This document shows positions 30,689-40,998 of a DNA stretch of 64,000 nucleotides, piece by piece. Source of the DNA: Myxococcales bacterium (lineage in GTDB: Bacteria; Myxococcota; Myxococcia; Myxococcales; 40CM-4-68-19); contig DATBZA010000137.1 in assembly GCA_036513415.1 (NCBI GenBank), forward strand, positions 17,593 to 81,592, read 5' to 3'. How positions within the stretch are numbered: position 1 is the first letter of the stretch; each line of letters begins with the position of its first letter. The notes under the pieces were generated by a model, which was given only the letters and a program-made list of their open reading frames with translations, had not been told where the DNA came from and made no database searches. A program made the translations under genes and the position numbers.

Positions 30689-33196
30689 ATGTCGGACCCG
30701 CTCGCCAAAGTCCTCAACCCGCCGCAGCTCGAGGCCGTGCGCCACGGCGAAGGGCCGCTGCTCATCCTGGCGGGCGCAGGCTCGGGAAAAACGCGCGTTC
30801 TCACCCATCGCATCGCGCACCTCCTGCGCGAGCGCCTGGCGCGGGCCCCGGAGATCCTCGCCGTCACCTTCACGAACAAGGCCGCCGGCGAGCTGCGCGA
30901 GCGAGTGGAGAAGCTGGTCGGGCCGGACGCGGAGCGGCTCTGGGTAGCGACGTTCCACGCCGCTGGCGCGCGGATCCTCCGCCGCGAGGCGGAGGCGCTG
31001 GGGCTGACGCGCAGCTTCGCCATCTACGACGACGCGGACCAGCTGGCGGAGGCGAAGCGGGCGACCAGCGATCTGGGCTTCGACGTGGGCACGGCCCGGC
31101 AGTACCTGGCGCGCATCGATCGATGGAAGAACGCGGGCCTGTTGCCCGCCGAGGTGCAGGTCGCCGAGTACGACGTGCCCGGCAAGACGGCGCTCAAGGT
31201 GTACGCGCGATATCAGGCTGCGCTGCAGGCCTCCAACGCGGTCGACTTCGGCGACCTGATCGTGCGCGTCATCGAGCTGTTCAAGAAGCGCGACGACATC
31301 CTCCAGGGCTATGCGGGCCGCTTCCGGCACATCCTGGTCGACGAGTTCCAGGACACCAATCCCGCCCAGTACCAGCTCTTGCGCCTGCTCGCCTCGGTCC
31401 ACGGAAACCTTGGCGTGGTCGGCGACGACGATCAGTCCATCTATCGCTGGCGCGGCGCCGAGGTGGACAACATTCTCGACTTCCCCAAGCACTTCCCGGG
31501 CACCCGGGTGGTACGGCTGGAACAGAACTACCGCAGCTCGGGGCGGATCCTGGCCGCCGCGCACGCCATCATCGAGAAGAACGAGCGCCGCGCCGAGAAG
31601 AAGCTGTGGACCGCGGCAGGCGAGGGGGAGAAAGTGCGGGTCTTCCTCGCCGAGGACGAGCGCGACGAGGGCGCCCGCATCGCCTCCGAGCTGTACGCGG
31701 AGAATGCGCGGGGCACGGCCTATTCCGAGATGGCCGTCTTCTACCGCGCCAACGCGCAATCGCGTGCGCTCGAGGACGCGCTGCGCGCGCGGCGGGTGCC
31801 TTACCGGGTCGTCCGCGGGCGATCGTTCTACGACCGCGCCGAGGTCAAGGACATCGCCGCCTACCTACGACTCTGCGTGAACCCGCGTTCGGACGGGGAT
31901 CTGCTGCGGGTGATCAACACGCCGCCTCGCGGCATCGGCGACACCACGGTCGAGCACCTGCGCGCCTCGGCGAATCGGCAGGGCCTGTCCATCTGGGAGG
32001 CGCTGAGCTCGAGCGATCCGGAGATGCCGTCGAATGCCCGGGCGAAGGTCGCGCCGTTCAAGGCGCTGATCGATGAGCTGCGAAAAGGAGTGGCCGAGGA
32101 CGCCGGCGCCGCCGACGCGATCGAGCGGGTGATCGATCGGACCGGGTACGCCGACCGGCTGCGCCTGGAAGGCGAGGAGGGCGAGGATCGGCTGGAGAAC
32201 CTCCTGGAGCTCGTCGGGGCCGCCCGCGAGTTCGATCGCGCTTGGGCAGGCGAGCTCACGCAGCCCCTGGACTCCGAGCCGACCCCGGCTGCGAGCCCGG
32301 AGCTGAAGCCGGTGGTCCCCAATCCACTCACCCAGACGCGCGCCCAGTATCTGCGCGCGGTCCGGGCCGCGCCGGGGTCGCTGGGAAGCTCGCAGGCTTC
32401 CGAGGACCCGCCTGGCGATCGGCCGGATCCCGCTGCGGCGCTGGCCGCCGCATCTCCGGATGACGAGGACGGGCGCGCCGACACGCCGCTCCTGGGCTTC
32501 CTCGAGCAGCTCGCGCTGGTCGGCGATGCGGACGCGGCGGCGGGAGGCGACCGCGTCTCGCTGATGACGCTGCACGCGGCGAAGGGGCTGGAGTTCGACG
32601 CCGTGTGGATGACCGGCATGGAGGAGCGCGTGTTCCCGTCGTCGCGCTCCCTGGGGCAGACGGGCCCGATGGCGTCCGGCGAAGAGGACCCGGCCGAGAT
32701 GGCCGAGGAGCGTCGCCTCTGCTACGTGGGGATGACCCGCGCCCGCAAGCGTCTGTCGCTCTCGCTGGCCCGCTGCCGGTCGCTCTTCGGTGAGCTGCGC
32801 TTCAACGTTCCCTCGCGATTCGTCCGCGAGCTGCCGGACGGGCTCACCGAGGGTCTGGCCTCCCTGGAGCGTCTTTCTCCAATGCAGGAAAGGGCCCGCA
32901 AGGACGTCTTCTACGACGACTTCGACCAGCGGCCCCGATATCGCGAGGATGCCCCGCTGCCGGCGCGGAACAAGATGCGCGAGTCACGGCACGATCCGGC
33001 CTCCAAGCCCGTGGTCAGGCAGGCGGCGCCCGGGGTGGGCGGCCTGGGGCCTGGCGCGCGCGTGAAGCACCCCAGCTTCGGAGTGGGCACCGTCGAGGAC
33101 AGCGACGGCGAGGGCATGAACCGCAAGCTGGTGGTCCGCTTCGGGCCGGGCGTCGGGCTGAAAAGGGTCCTGGCCCGATTCATCGACCCGGTCTAA
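30689..33196 (+). CDS. uvrD: UvrD/PcrA-type ATP-dependent DNA helicase
   Basis: Walker A GAGSGKT, DEFQDTN, QNYRSS and VSLMTLHAAKGLEF. Has a low-complexity insertion and a C-terminal Tudor-like tail. Confidence 0.93.
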   Translation: MSDPLAKVLNPPQLEAVRHGEGPLLILAGAGSGKTRVLTHRIAHLLRERLARAPEILAVTFTNKAAGELRERVEKLVGPDAERLWVATFHAAGARILRREAEALGLTRSFAIYDDADQLAEAKRATSDLGFDVGTARQYLARIDRWKNAGLLPAEVQVAEYDVPGKTALKVYARYQAALQASNAVDFGDLIVRVIELFKKRDDILQGYAGRFRHILVDEFQDTNPAQYQLLRLLASVHGNLGVVGDDDQSIYRWRGAEVDNILDFPKHFPGTRVVRLEQNYRSSGRILAAAHAIIEKNERRAEKKLWTAAGEGEKVRVFLAEDERDEGARIASELYAENARGTAYSEMAVFYRANAQSRALEDALRARRVPYRVVRGRSFYDRAEVKDIAAYLRLCVNPRSDGDLLRVINTPPRGIGDTTVEHLRASANRQGLSIWEALSSSDPEMPSNARAKVAPFKALIDELRKGVAEDAGAADAIERVIDRTGYADRLRLEGEEGEDRLENLLELVGAAREFDRAWAGELTQPLDSEPTPAASPELKPVVPNPLTQTRAQYLRAVRAAPGSLGSSQASEDPPGDRPDPAAALAAASPDDEDGRADTPLLGFLEQLALVGDADAAAGGDRVSLMTLHAAKGLEFDAVWMTGMEERVFPSSRSLGQTGPMASGEEDPAEMAEERRLCYVGMTRARKRLSLSLARCRSLFGELRFNVPSRFVRELPDGLTEGLASLERLSPMQERARKDVFYDDFDQRPRYREDAPLPARNKMRESRHDPASKPVVRQAAPGVGGLGPGARVKHPSFGVGTVEDSDGEGMNRKLVVRFGPGVGLKRVLARFIDPV

Positions 33197-33249
33197 GCGC
33201 GGCCACCGAAGGCGGCTTAGCGCAGGCTTAGCGCCTACGCCTGCGCGCG
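33197..33249. repeat. REP-like hairpin element after uvrD
   Basis: GGCCACCGAAGGCGGCTTAGCGCAGGCTTAGCGCCTACGCCTGCGC. It shares CCACCG(A/C)AGGCGGCT and GCTACGCCTG with the 44715 and 28340 repeats. Stem GCGCAGGC/GCCTGCGC. Confidence 0.5.
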
Positions 33250-33274
33250 ATCATTCCCCGTTATGAGACTCATT

Positions 33275-33619
33275 CTAGCCGGCTGCCGGCCTCACCCACA
33301 GGTACATGTACGGCCGCAGCAGATAATCGACGAGGGTCCCCAGCGCGACCTGGACCAGCCCGGCCGCGAACGCCTGTCCGAATCCGATGTCGTACGCGAT
33401 GGTGTAGACGAGGAACCACGCCACGAGCGCGACGATCCCCGGGATGATCAGGAACCAGAACCAGGCGAAGGGCGTCACCACCACGGCGACCAGGAATGTG
33501 ACGAGGAGCGCGCGCGGGAGGGTGTTCTTTGGATTGCGCGGCGAGACCGCCGCCACTGACACCATCACCACCAGAGCGTGGATCAGCCACGACGCAACCT
33601 TCAGGGCGAGCCAGTCCAT
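33275..33619 (-). CDS. Small integral membrane protein (3-4 TM), function unknown
   Basis: 114 aa, hydrophobic throughout (LIHALVVMVSVAAV..., FAWFWFLIIPGIVALVAWFLVYTIAY). Confidence 0.65.
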   Translation of the reverse strand: MDWLALKVASWLIHALVVMVSVAAVSPRNPKNTLPRALLVTFLVAVVVTPFAWFWFLIIPGIVALVAWFLVYTIAYDIGFGQAFAAGLVQVALGTLVDYLLRPYMYLWVRPAAG

Positions 33620-33673
33620 CAGGGGAAGATAGCGTGATCCGGGCCCCTGGATCGGTTAGAGATCGGGACCAGG

Positions 33674-34819
33674 ATGATCCCGGACGTTCCCGTCACCGAC
33701 CAGCTGCTGCACGCGCTCCCGAAGACGGACCTGCACTGCCACCTCGACGGCTCGCTGCGGCTGCAGACGATGCTCGATCTGGCGGACCAGCAGGGGGTCC
33801 GCCTTCCGGCGGATACGGTCGAGGGGCTCGCCAAGGCGATGAAGATCGGCCAGGGGCACGGGAGCCTGGAAGAGTATCTCAAGGGATTCGAGATCACGCT
33901 CAGCGTTCTCCAGACCGAGGACGCCCTCTACCGCGCGGCCTACGAACTGGGGGTCGACGCCGCCGCGGAGAACTGCAAGCTGATCGAAGTGCGCTATGCG
34001 CCGGTGCTGCACCTCCAGAAAGGCCTCAAGCCGACGGTGGTCGTCGAGGCGGTGCTGGAGGGGCTGCGCGCGGCGACGCGCGAGACCGGAATCCTCGCCG
34101 GCGTGTTGGTCTGCGGCATCCGCAACATGAGCCCCGACACCTCCCTGCGGCTGGCGGAGCTGTCGGTCGCGTACAAGAACCGCGGCGTGCTCGGATTCGA
34201 TCTCGCCGGCGCGGAGCACGGGAACCCGGCCAAGGACCACCAGGAAGCGTTCCAGCTCATCCTCAACAACAACATCAACTGCACGGTGCACGCGGGAGAG
34301 GCGTACGGCCCTCCTTCCATCGCGCAGGCGCTGCACTACTGCGGCGCGCACCGCATCGGGCACGGCGTAAGGCTGCGCGAGGACGGCGACCTGCTCAACT
34401 ACGTCAACGACCACCGCATCCCGATCGAGTGCTGCCCATCCAGCAACGTCCAGACCGGCGCGGTGGCCGACATGGCGTCGCACCCGTTCAAGTTCTACCT
34501 GGACTTCGGCATCCGGGTGACGATCAACACGGACAACCGGTTGATCACCGACACCACCATGACGAAGGAGCTGTCGGTCGTCTCCAAGCAGTTCGGCCTG
34601 ACTTCCGGCGACATCCGCAACATCCTGGTGGCCGGATTCAAGAGCTCGTTCCTCACCTTCCACGACCGGGCCCAGCTGGTGCGCAAGGCGCAGAACGAGA
34701 TGGACGAGATCGTGCGGCAATTCGCCGAGCGGAACGGCGTGCCGAAGAAGGGTGCCGGGTCGAAGCCGCCTCCCTCCAAGCCCGTGCACTCGAAGCCCCC
34801 GCCGGCGAAGCGTTCCTGA
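33674..34819 (+). CDS. add: Adenosine deaminase with Pro/Lys-rich C-terminal tail
   Basis: Metal-binding LHCHLDGS, TVHAGE and INTDN motifs. Confidence 0.92.
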   Translation: MIPDVPVTDQLLHALPKTDLHCHLDGSLRLQTMLDLADQQGVRLPADTVEGLAKAMKIGQGHGSLEEYLKGFEITLSVLQTEDALYRAAYELGVDAAAENCKLIEVRYAPVLHLQKGLKPTVVVEAVLEGLRAATRETGILAGVLVCGIRNMSPDTSLRLAELSVAYKNRGVLGFDLAGAEHGNPAKDHQEAFQLILNNNINCTVHAGEAYGPPSIAQALHYCGAHRIGHGVRLREDGDLLNYVNDHRIPIECCPSSNVQTGAVADMASHPFKFYLDFGIRVTINTDNRLITDTTMTKELSVVSKQFGLTSGDIRNILVAGFKSSFLTFHDRAQLVRKAQNEMDEIVRQFAERNGVPKKGAGSKPPPSKPVHSKPPPAKRS

Positions 34820-34887
34820 CCCGGGTTGACTGAACAGCGGGGCGGGGCGCCATTGCGACTTGCCGCGGCCGGAGCTACCGTCCGCCC

Positions 34888-36126
34888 ATGACGCTCGGAA
34901 AAACCCTCGCCATGATCCTCGCGGGAGGGGAGGGTCGCCGCCTCGCCCCGCTGACACAAGAGCGCTCCAAGCCCGCGGTCACGTTCGGGGGGCGATACCG
35001 GATCATCGATTTCGTCCTCTCCAACTTCGCCAACTCCGGCGTGCTGCGGATGAAGGTGCTCACGCAGTACAAGTCGGAGTCGCTCAACACCCACATCTCG
35101 CGAGGCTGGCGGCTCAGCTCCATGCTGGGGCAGTTCGTCGACAGCGTGCCCGCGCAGCAGCGCACCGGTCCTGAGTGGTACAGGGGCTCGGCCGACGCCA
35201 TCTACCAGAACCTCAACCTGGTCACCGACGAAGAGCCCGAACACGTCTTCGTGTTCGGCGCCGACCACATCTACCGCATGGACGTGCGCCAGATGCTCGA
35301 TTTCCATATCGAGCAGAAGGCCGACTGCACGGTGGCGGCCATCCCCATGCCCATCGAGGAGTGCAGCTCCTTCGGGATCATCACCGCCGACAAGCAGGGC
35401 CGGATGATCGACTTCCAGGAGAAGCCGAAGAATCCCAAGCCGATGATCGGCAACGCGCGCGCGGGGCTGGTCTCGATGGGCAACTACCTCTTCACCACCG
35501 AGGCGCTGGTGCGCGAGATCGTGCGCGACGCAGGAGAAGACAGCGCGCACGACTTCGGCAAGTCCATCATCAGCCAGATGCACAAGCGCACCAAGGTGGC
35601 GGTCTACGACTTCGCCACCAACAAGATCCCCGGCCAGGAGCCGAAGGAAGCCGGCTACTGGCGCGACGTGGGAGACCTCGACACCTACTACGACTGCAAC
35701 ATGGACCTGGTGGCGGTGGACCCCAAGCTCTCGCTCTACAACACCTGGTGGCCCATCTACACGGCGCCCAACCCCACCGCCGCGCCCGCGAAGTTCGTCT
35801 TCGCCAACGAGGAGGAAGACCGCGTCGGCCACGCCACCGACTCGCTGGTGAGCGAAGGCTGCATCATCTCCGGGGGACGCGTCCATCGCTCGGTCATCTC
35901 GCCGAACGTGCGCATCAACTCCTACGCGGACGTGTCGGAGAGCATCCTCTTCGAAGGGGTCAAGGTCGGGCGGCGCGCGCGCATCCGGAGGGCGATCATC
36001 GACAAGTACGTCGACATCCCGGCCGGTGTGGAGATCGGGTACGATCCAGTGGAGGACAGCAAGCGGTTCTCCGTCAGCCCGAAGGGTATCGTCATCGTTC
36101 CCAAGGGAATGCGCCTCTCCGGCTGA
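34888..36126 (+). CDS. glgC: Glucose-1-phosphate adenylyltransferase
   Basis: [31 protein letters not shown], and a C-terminal left-handed beta-helix. Confidence 0.96.
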   Translation: MTLGKTLAMILAGGEGRRLAPLTQERSKPAVTFGGRYRIIDFVLSNFANSGVLRMKVLTQYKSESLNTHISRGWRLSSMLGQFVDSVPAQQRTGPEWYRGSADAIYQNLNLVTDEEPEHVFVFGADHIYRMDVRQMLDFHIEQKADCTVAAIPMPIEECSSFGIITADKQGRMIDFQEKPKNPKPMIGNARAGLVSMGNYLFTTEALVREIVRDAGEDSAHDFGKSIISQMHKRTKVAVYDFATNKIPGQEPKEAGYWRDVGDLDTYYDCNMDLVAVDPKLSLYNTWWPIYTAPNPTAAPAKFVFANEEEDRVGHATDSLVSEGCIISGGRVHRSVISPNVRINSYADVSESILFEGVKVGRRARIRRAIIDKYVDIPAGVEIGYDPVEDSKRFSVSPKGIVIVPKGMRLSG

Positions 36127-36137
36127 GAAAGGCGTTC

Positions 36138-38252
36138 TTGGCGCGCGTCGTCTTCCTCTGGCACCTGCACCAGCCCGAATACCGCGACCCGGTCTCCGGC
36201 CAGCCCGTGTTGCCCTGGGTGCGCCTGCACTCGACGCGCGCCTACAACGACATGGCCGCAGCGCTCGAGCAGCACGAGAAGGCGCGGGCGGTGGTGAACT
36301 GGGCGCCGTCGCTCCTGCTCCAGCTCGAGGCCTACGCCTCCGGGGCGGCGGTGGACCGCGACGAGGAGATCGCGCGCAAGCCCGCCGATGCGCTCACTCC
36401 GGCGGAGCGCGCTCACGTCCTGCGGCAGGGCTTCTCCGCCGACTGGGACGTCTGGGTGAAGCCGGTTCCGCGCTTCGCCGAGCTGCTGGGGAAGCGCGGC
36501 ACCGACCTCTCGCGGATCGACCTGGCCCGCGTCCAGGAGGCGTTTTCGGCGCAGGACCTGCTCGACCTCCAGGTCCACTTCATGCTCGCCTGGATGGGAT
36601 TCGCGGCCCGCCGCGAGCAGCCGGTCATCGCCGAGCTGGTGCGGAAGGAGCGGGGGTTCACGGACGCCGAGAAGACCCAGCTCCTCGACGCCTCGCGGGA
36701 CATCGCCCGCCGCATCGTTCCGCGCTGGAAAGCGCTTTTGCGGCGCGGCGTGGTCGAGATCACCTGCTCGCCGATGTTCCACCCCATCCTGCCGCTGCTG
36801 GTCGACAGCGACTCCGCCCGTCGGGCCATGCCGGACGCGGCGCTTCCCCCGCGCTTCCAGTACCCGCAGGACGCGCGCGAGCAGGTGCGCCGCGGCCTGA
36901 CGCGCGCCGAGAAGGATTTCGGGACGCGCCCGGTGGGGATGTGGCCCAGCGAGGGATCGGTGTCGCCGGAGGTGCTGCAGATCCTGGGCACGGAAGGCGT
37001 GCGCTGGTGCGCGACCGACCAGGGGAACCTGGAGCGGAGCGAGCTGGATCAGCCCGCCGACGGCAAGCCGCTGCATCATGTGCCCTGGATCTGCGGGCAA
37101 GTGGCCGTGTTCTTCCGCGACCGGGACCTGAGCGACCGCATCGGGTTCCGGTATGCGCGGATCGACGCGCGGGAAGCCGCCGGCGACCTGCTCGGCCGGA
37201 TCGCGAGCGTGGGAAAGGACGCCACGGTCACCCTCGCGCTCGACGGGGAAAATCCCTGGGAGCGGTATCCGCGCTCCGGTGAGCCGTTCCTGGACGCGCT
37301 CTACGGCAGCCTCGGCGACAAGGTCGTGCCGGTGCTGCCGCGCGAGGAGCTCGCGGCCCGCCCGCCCAAGCGCCGCATCGCCCGTATCCATTCGGGGAGC
37401 TGGATCGAGTCGAGCTTCCGCATCTGGATCGGACATTCCGAAGACAACCAGGCCTGGACCCTGCTCGGGCAAGCGCGGGCGGCCCTGGAGAAGGCGCGCC
37501 CGCAACTGCCGGAGGACCGGTTCGAGAAGGCTTATCAGGCCGTGCTCGCGGCGGAGGGAAGCGACTGGTTCTGGTGGTACGGCGATGATTTCACCACCGA
37601 CAATGCGCCGGAGTTCGACGCGCTCTTCCGCCGGAACGTCGAGCAGGTCTTCCTCTCCATCGGAGTGGTCCCACCCGAGCGATTGGCGCGCCCGATCATC
37701 GCGCCCTCCAAGGACAAGGCGCAGGCCAGGGCGATCTCGGTGGCGCCGAGGCGCTTGATCCACCCTCTGATCGACGGATATTCGCGCAGCTATTTCGAGT
37801 GGAGCGGGTCGGGTTTCTACCGGCCGGGCAGCATCGCCGGCGGATCGATGTACCAGGGCGGCGGCGCATTCTCGCAGCTCTGGTATGGGTTCTCCCTCAC
37901 CGACCTCTACCTGCGGCTGGATCCGGCGCAGGGCGCGGACACCTCTGGCGAGCTCCGGGTCCTGCTGGTCCTCGACAAGACCGAGCGCACCCTGCGCATG
38001 GAGGTGCGCCCCGGCGGGGCCGAGTGTCCGGTTCTCGATGAGCGGGGCGAGAAGGTCGGGTCCGGCTATTCCGGGACGATCGTCGAGCTGGCGGTCGGCA
38101 CGGGCGCTCTCGGCCTCTCTCCGTCCGACCGCGCCGGCCTGCTGCTGCGGCTGATGCGAAACGGGCTGGAGGTGGATCGCCTCCCCCGGTACGGGGAGTT
38201 GGAGCTCGTGGTCCCGGACCAGGGCTTCGAACGAGCGCATTGGCACGTCTGA
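36138..38252 (+). CDS. Glycoside hydrolase family 57 protein (alpha-glucan acting)
   Basis: FLWHLHQPEY N-terminus and EGSDWFWWYGDDF block. Start tentatively at TTG 36138, since the frame carries no ATG after the glgC stop. Confidence 0.88.
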   Translation: MARVVFLWHLHQPEYRDPVSGQPVLPWVRLHSTRAYNDMAAALEQHEKARAVVNWAPSLLLQLEAYASGAAVDRDEEIARKPADALTPAERAHVLRQGFSADWDVWVKPVPRFAELLGKRGTDLSRIDLARVQEAFSAQDLLDLQVHFMLAWMGFAARREQPVIAELVRKERGFTDAEKTQLLDASRDIARRIVPRWKALLRRGVVEITCSPMFHPILPLLVDSDSARRAMPDAALPPRFQYPQDAREQVRRGLTRAEKDFGTRPVGMWPSEGSVSPEVLQILGTEGVRWCATDQGNLERSELDQPADGKPLHHVPWICGQVAVFFRDRDLSDRIGFRYARIDAREAAGDLLGRIASVGKDATVTLALDGENPWERYPRSGEPFLDALYGSLGDKVVPVLPREELAARPPKRRIARIHSGSWIESSFRIWIGHSEDNQAWTLLGQARAALEKARPQLPEDRFEKAYQAVLAAEGSDWFWWYGDDFTTDNAPEFDALFRRNVEQVFLSIGVVPPERLARPIIAPSKDKAQARAISVAPRRLIHPLIDGYSRSYFEWSGSGFYRPGSIAGGSMYQGGGAFSQLWYGFSLTDLYLRLDPAQGADTSGELRVLLVLDKTERTLRMEVRPGGAECPVLDERGEKVGSGYSGTIVELAVGTGALGLSPSDRAGLLLRLMRNGLEVDRLPRYGELELVVPDQGFERAHWHV

Positions 38253-38281
38253 GTTGCGATTTTTGCTAGATTGGGTCCTGC

Positions 38282-39268
38282 GTGCCCCAACTCCGCAGAG
38301 ATCCAGTCGTGGGACGATGGGTCATCATCGCGCCGGAACGGGCCGAGCGTCCGAGCGCTTTCCTGCGCCCGACGCCGGAGCGCGACACCGGGGTATGCCC
38401 GTTCTGCCCCGGCAACGAGTCCCTGACCCCGCCCGAAATCCTCTCGCGCCGGACCAACGGGACGTGGTCGCTGCGCGTGGTCCCGAATCGCTATCCGGCC
38501 TTGCGGACCGAGATCCAGCTCTCCCGCTCCGGCGTGGGCATGTTCGACAGCATGTCCGGCGTGGGCGCGCACGAAGTGGTGATCGAGACCCGCGACCACC
38601 GCTCCACACTGGCCGACGAGCCGGTGGAGCAAATCGCCAGCGTGCTGCGCGCCTGGCAGGAGCGCATGGTGGACCTCTCCCGCGACGTCCGCCTGAAGTC
38701 GCTGATCGCGTTCAAGAACCACGGCGTTCCGGCCGGTGCGACGCTCTTCCACGCCCACTCGCAGCTGATCGCGCTTCCCTTCGTGCCGGAGGCGCTGCAT
38801 GCCGAGCTGCGTGCAGCCGCCAAGCACTTCGAGGATAAGGAGCGCTGCATCTGGTGCGACATCGTGGCGCAGGAGACCCGCGAGAAGGAGCGGATCGTGC
38901 TGGAGTCGGACGCCGCCGTGGTGCTGTCGCCCTGGGCCGCGCGCAGCCCGTTCGAGCTGTGGGTCCTGCCCCGGGAGCACCGCTCGTCTTTCGAGTCAGC
39001 CACCGAACAGGAGCTACGCGCCGTGGCGGACTCGCTCCGGACGGTGCTGCGCAAGATTGACGTGGCGCTGGAAAAGCCCGCCTTCAACCTCTTTTTGCAC
39101 ACGATGCCGCTGCGCGAGCCGCACAACGATTTCTATCATTGGCACCTCGAGCTGAAGCCGGTCCTCACCCAGCAAGCCGGCTTCGAGTGGGCGACCGGGT
39201 GCTTCGTCAACCCCACCGCACCGGAGGAGGCCGCGAGCTTCCTGCGGCAGACGGAGGTCTTTCCGTGA
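38282..39268 (+). CDS. GalT-family (HIT superfamily) nucleotidyltransferase, possibly ADP-glucose phosphorylase-like
   Basis: Zn motif CPFCPGNE, RVVPNRYPAL, and active-site HAHSQ (H-x-H-x-Q). GTG start. Stop overlaps the glgA GTG (GTGA). Confidence 0.85.
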   Translation: MPQLRRDPVVGRWVIIAPERAERPSAFLRPTPERDTGVCPFCPGNESLTPPEILSRRTNGTWSLRVVPNRYPALRTEIQLSRSGVGMFDSMSGVGAHEVVIETRDHRSTLADEPVEQIASVLRAWQERMVDLSRDVRLKSLIAFKNHGVPAGATLFHAHSQLIALPFVPEALHAELRAAAKHFEDKERCIWCDIVAQETREKERIVLESDAAVVLSPWAARSPFELWVLPREHRSSFESATEQELRAVADSLRTVLRKIDVALEKPAFNLFLHTMPLREPHNDFYHWHLELKPVLTQQAGFEWATGCFVNPTAPEEAASFLRQTEVFP

Positions 39269-40689
39269 AGATTCTCTTCGTCGCTTCGGAAGCGGCGCCC
39301 TACGTAAAGACCGGGGGCCTCGGCGACGTCATCGGCGCGCTTCCGCGGGCCCTGGCCAGGCGCGGCCACGACGTCCTGGTGGTCATTCCGCGCTACGCGT
39401 CGATCGACGGGCAGCAGTTCGGCCTGCGGGACACCGGGCGGCGGGTGGAAGTGCAGTTCCCGGGTCTCAGCGCCGGCGCGCACATCCACGTGCACGCTCC
39501 GGCGGAGCGGCTCCGCTTCCTCTTCCTGCAGAACCCCTGGTTCGACCGCCGCGAGCTGTACGGCGAGGGGGGAAAGGACTACCGCGACAACCACAAGCGC
39601 TTCGCCCTGCTCTCCGCGGGATCGCTGGAAGCGGCGAGGCAGTGGAACTTCATCCCCGACGCGATCCATGCCCACGACTGGCAGGCGGCGCTGGTCCCGC
39701 TGATCGTGAAGCGCGGCTGGGCAGGGCGGCCGCCGCCCCTGCGTGCCCGCTCCGTCTTCACCATCCACAACATGGCCTATCAAGGGATCTTCCCGCGAGA
39801 GACGATGGCCGAGTTGGACCTCCCCGGGGATCTCTTCAACCCCGATGCTCTGGAGTTCTACGGCAAGATCAGCTTGATGAAGGCGGGGCTGGTCTTCGCC
39901 GACAAGCTGACCACCGTCTCGCCCACCTATGCGCGCGAGATCGTCGAAAGCAGCGAGACCGGCGCCGGACTCCAAGGCCTCTTGCGCCACCGGCAGGCGG
40001 ACCTGACCGGGATCATGAACGGGGTCGATACCGAGGGTTGGAGTCCGGACAAGGACCCGCTCATTCCGCACACGTACACGGCCCAGGACCTTTCCGGGAA
40101 GGCCGTCTGCAAGGCGGAGCTTCAACAGGAATTGGGCCTGGAGCAGCAGCCCGGCACGATGCTTTGCGCGGCGATCGGCCGTCTCGCGCACCAGAAGGGA
40201 TACGACATCCTCGCCCAGGCGGTCCCGGGGATGATGCAGCGCGGGGTCCAGCTGGCCCTGCTGGGCACCGGAGATGCCGCGCTCGAGGAGGTGTTCGCGG
40301 CCCTTGCCTTGAAGCATCTCGGCCGGGTGTCTGCGCAACTCCGCTTCGACGATCGCCTTGCGCACCGGATCGAGGCCGGCGCCGACGTGTTCGTCATGCC
40401 CTCGCGGTTCGAGCCCTGCGGGCTCAACCAACTCTACTCGCTGCGCTATGGAACGCTTCCGCTGGTCCGCGCCGTCGGGGGGCTCGCGGACAGCATCAGC
40501 GAGGGCCCGCAGGGGTGGGGGTTCCGCTTCGAGCAGGAGACGCCCCAGGGGTTCCTGGAGGCGCTCGATCGCGCCCTGGCGCTCTGGCGCGACAAAGGCG
40601 CCTGGCGCGCGGCCCAGCAGCGCGCGATGGCGCGCGACCACTCCTGGGAACGCGCCGCCGCCCAGTACGAGGCGCTCTACCGGGCGTAG
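39265..40689 (+). CDS. glgA: Glycogen synthase (ADP-glucose type)
   Basis: KILFVASEAAPYVKTGGLGDV, HDWQ and MPSRFEPCGL.Q.Y..RYGT.P. Confidence 0.95.
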   Translation: MKILFVASEAAPYVKTGGLGDVIGALPRALARRGHDVLVVIPRYASIDGQQFGLRDTGRRVEVQFPGLSAGAHIHVHAPAERLRFLFLQNPWFDRRELYGEGGKDYRDNHKRFALLSAGSLEAARQWNFIPDAIHAHDWQAALVPLIVKRGWAGRPPPLRARSVFTIHNMAYQGIFPRETMAELDLPGDLFNPDALEFYGKISLMKAGLVFADKLTTVSPTYAREIVESSETGAGLQGLLRHRQADLTGIMNGVDTEGWSPDKDPLIPHTYTAQDLSGKAVCKAELQQELGLEQQPGTMLCAAIGRLAHQKGYDILAQAVPGMMQRGVQLALLGTGDAALEEVFAALALKHLGRVSAQLRFDDRLAHRIEAGADVFVMPSRFEPCGLNQLYSLRYGTLPLVRAVGGLADSISEGPQGWGFRFEQETPQGFLEALDRALALWRDKGAWRAAQQRAMARDHSWERAAAQYEALYRA

Positions 40690-40726
40690 GAAGGGCTTGC
40701 GCGGTTCCCGCAGCGGAAGTAGACTT

Positions 40727-40756
40727 AGATTGAGATTGAGACGCATTCTCAATTTC
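40727..40756 (+). promoter_or_regulatory. AT-rich operator-like site: ATTGAGA-CGCAT-TCTCAAT inverted repeat with GATTGA direct repeats
   Basis: Perfect 7-5-7 dyad at 40735-40753, 11 nt upstream of the bfd GTG. This position is typical of an iron-responsive repressor site. Confidence 0.4.
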
Positions 40757-40764
40757 ATCGCTCA

Positions 40765-40983
40765 GTGATCCTCTGCATCTGCCAGGCCGTCAGCGACCGC
40801 GAAGTGGATGCCGCCATCCAGGACGGCGCCCGCTCGGTTGCGGACGTCGCCCGGGCGTGCGGCGCCGGCAGGCACTGCGGGTGCTGCTGCCCGGCGATCG
40901 AGCAGCGCATCCACAGCGCTTGCGCCGGCGCCTGCGAGGATTGCCCCCGCCTTGCGCCTGAGCTAGCGTCCGCCGCCTTCTGA
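40765..40983 (+). CDS. bfd: Bacterioferritin-associated ferredoxin (Bfd-like [2Fe-2S] protein)
   Basis: ILCICQAVSDREV start and second Cys cluster GRHCGCCCP. 72 aa, directly upstream of bfr. Confidence 0.85.
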   Translation: MILCICQAVSDREVDAAIQDGARSVADVARACGAGRHCGCCCPAIEQRIHSACAGACEDCPRLAPELASAAF

Positions 40984-40998
40984 GGGGAGGCCCGGCGC

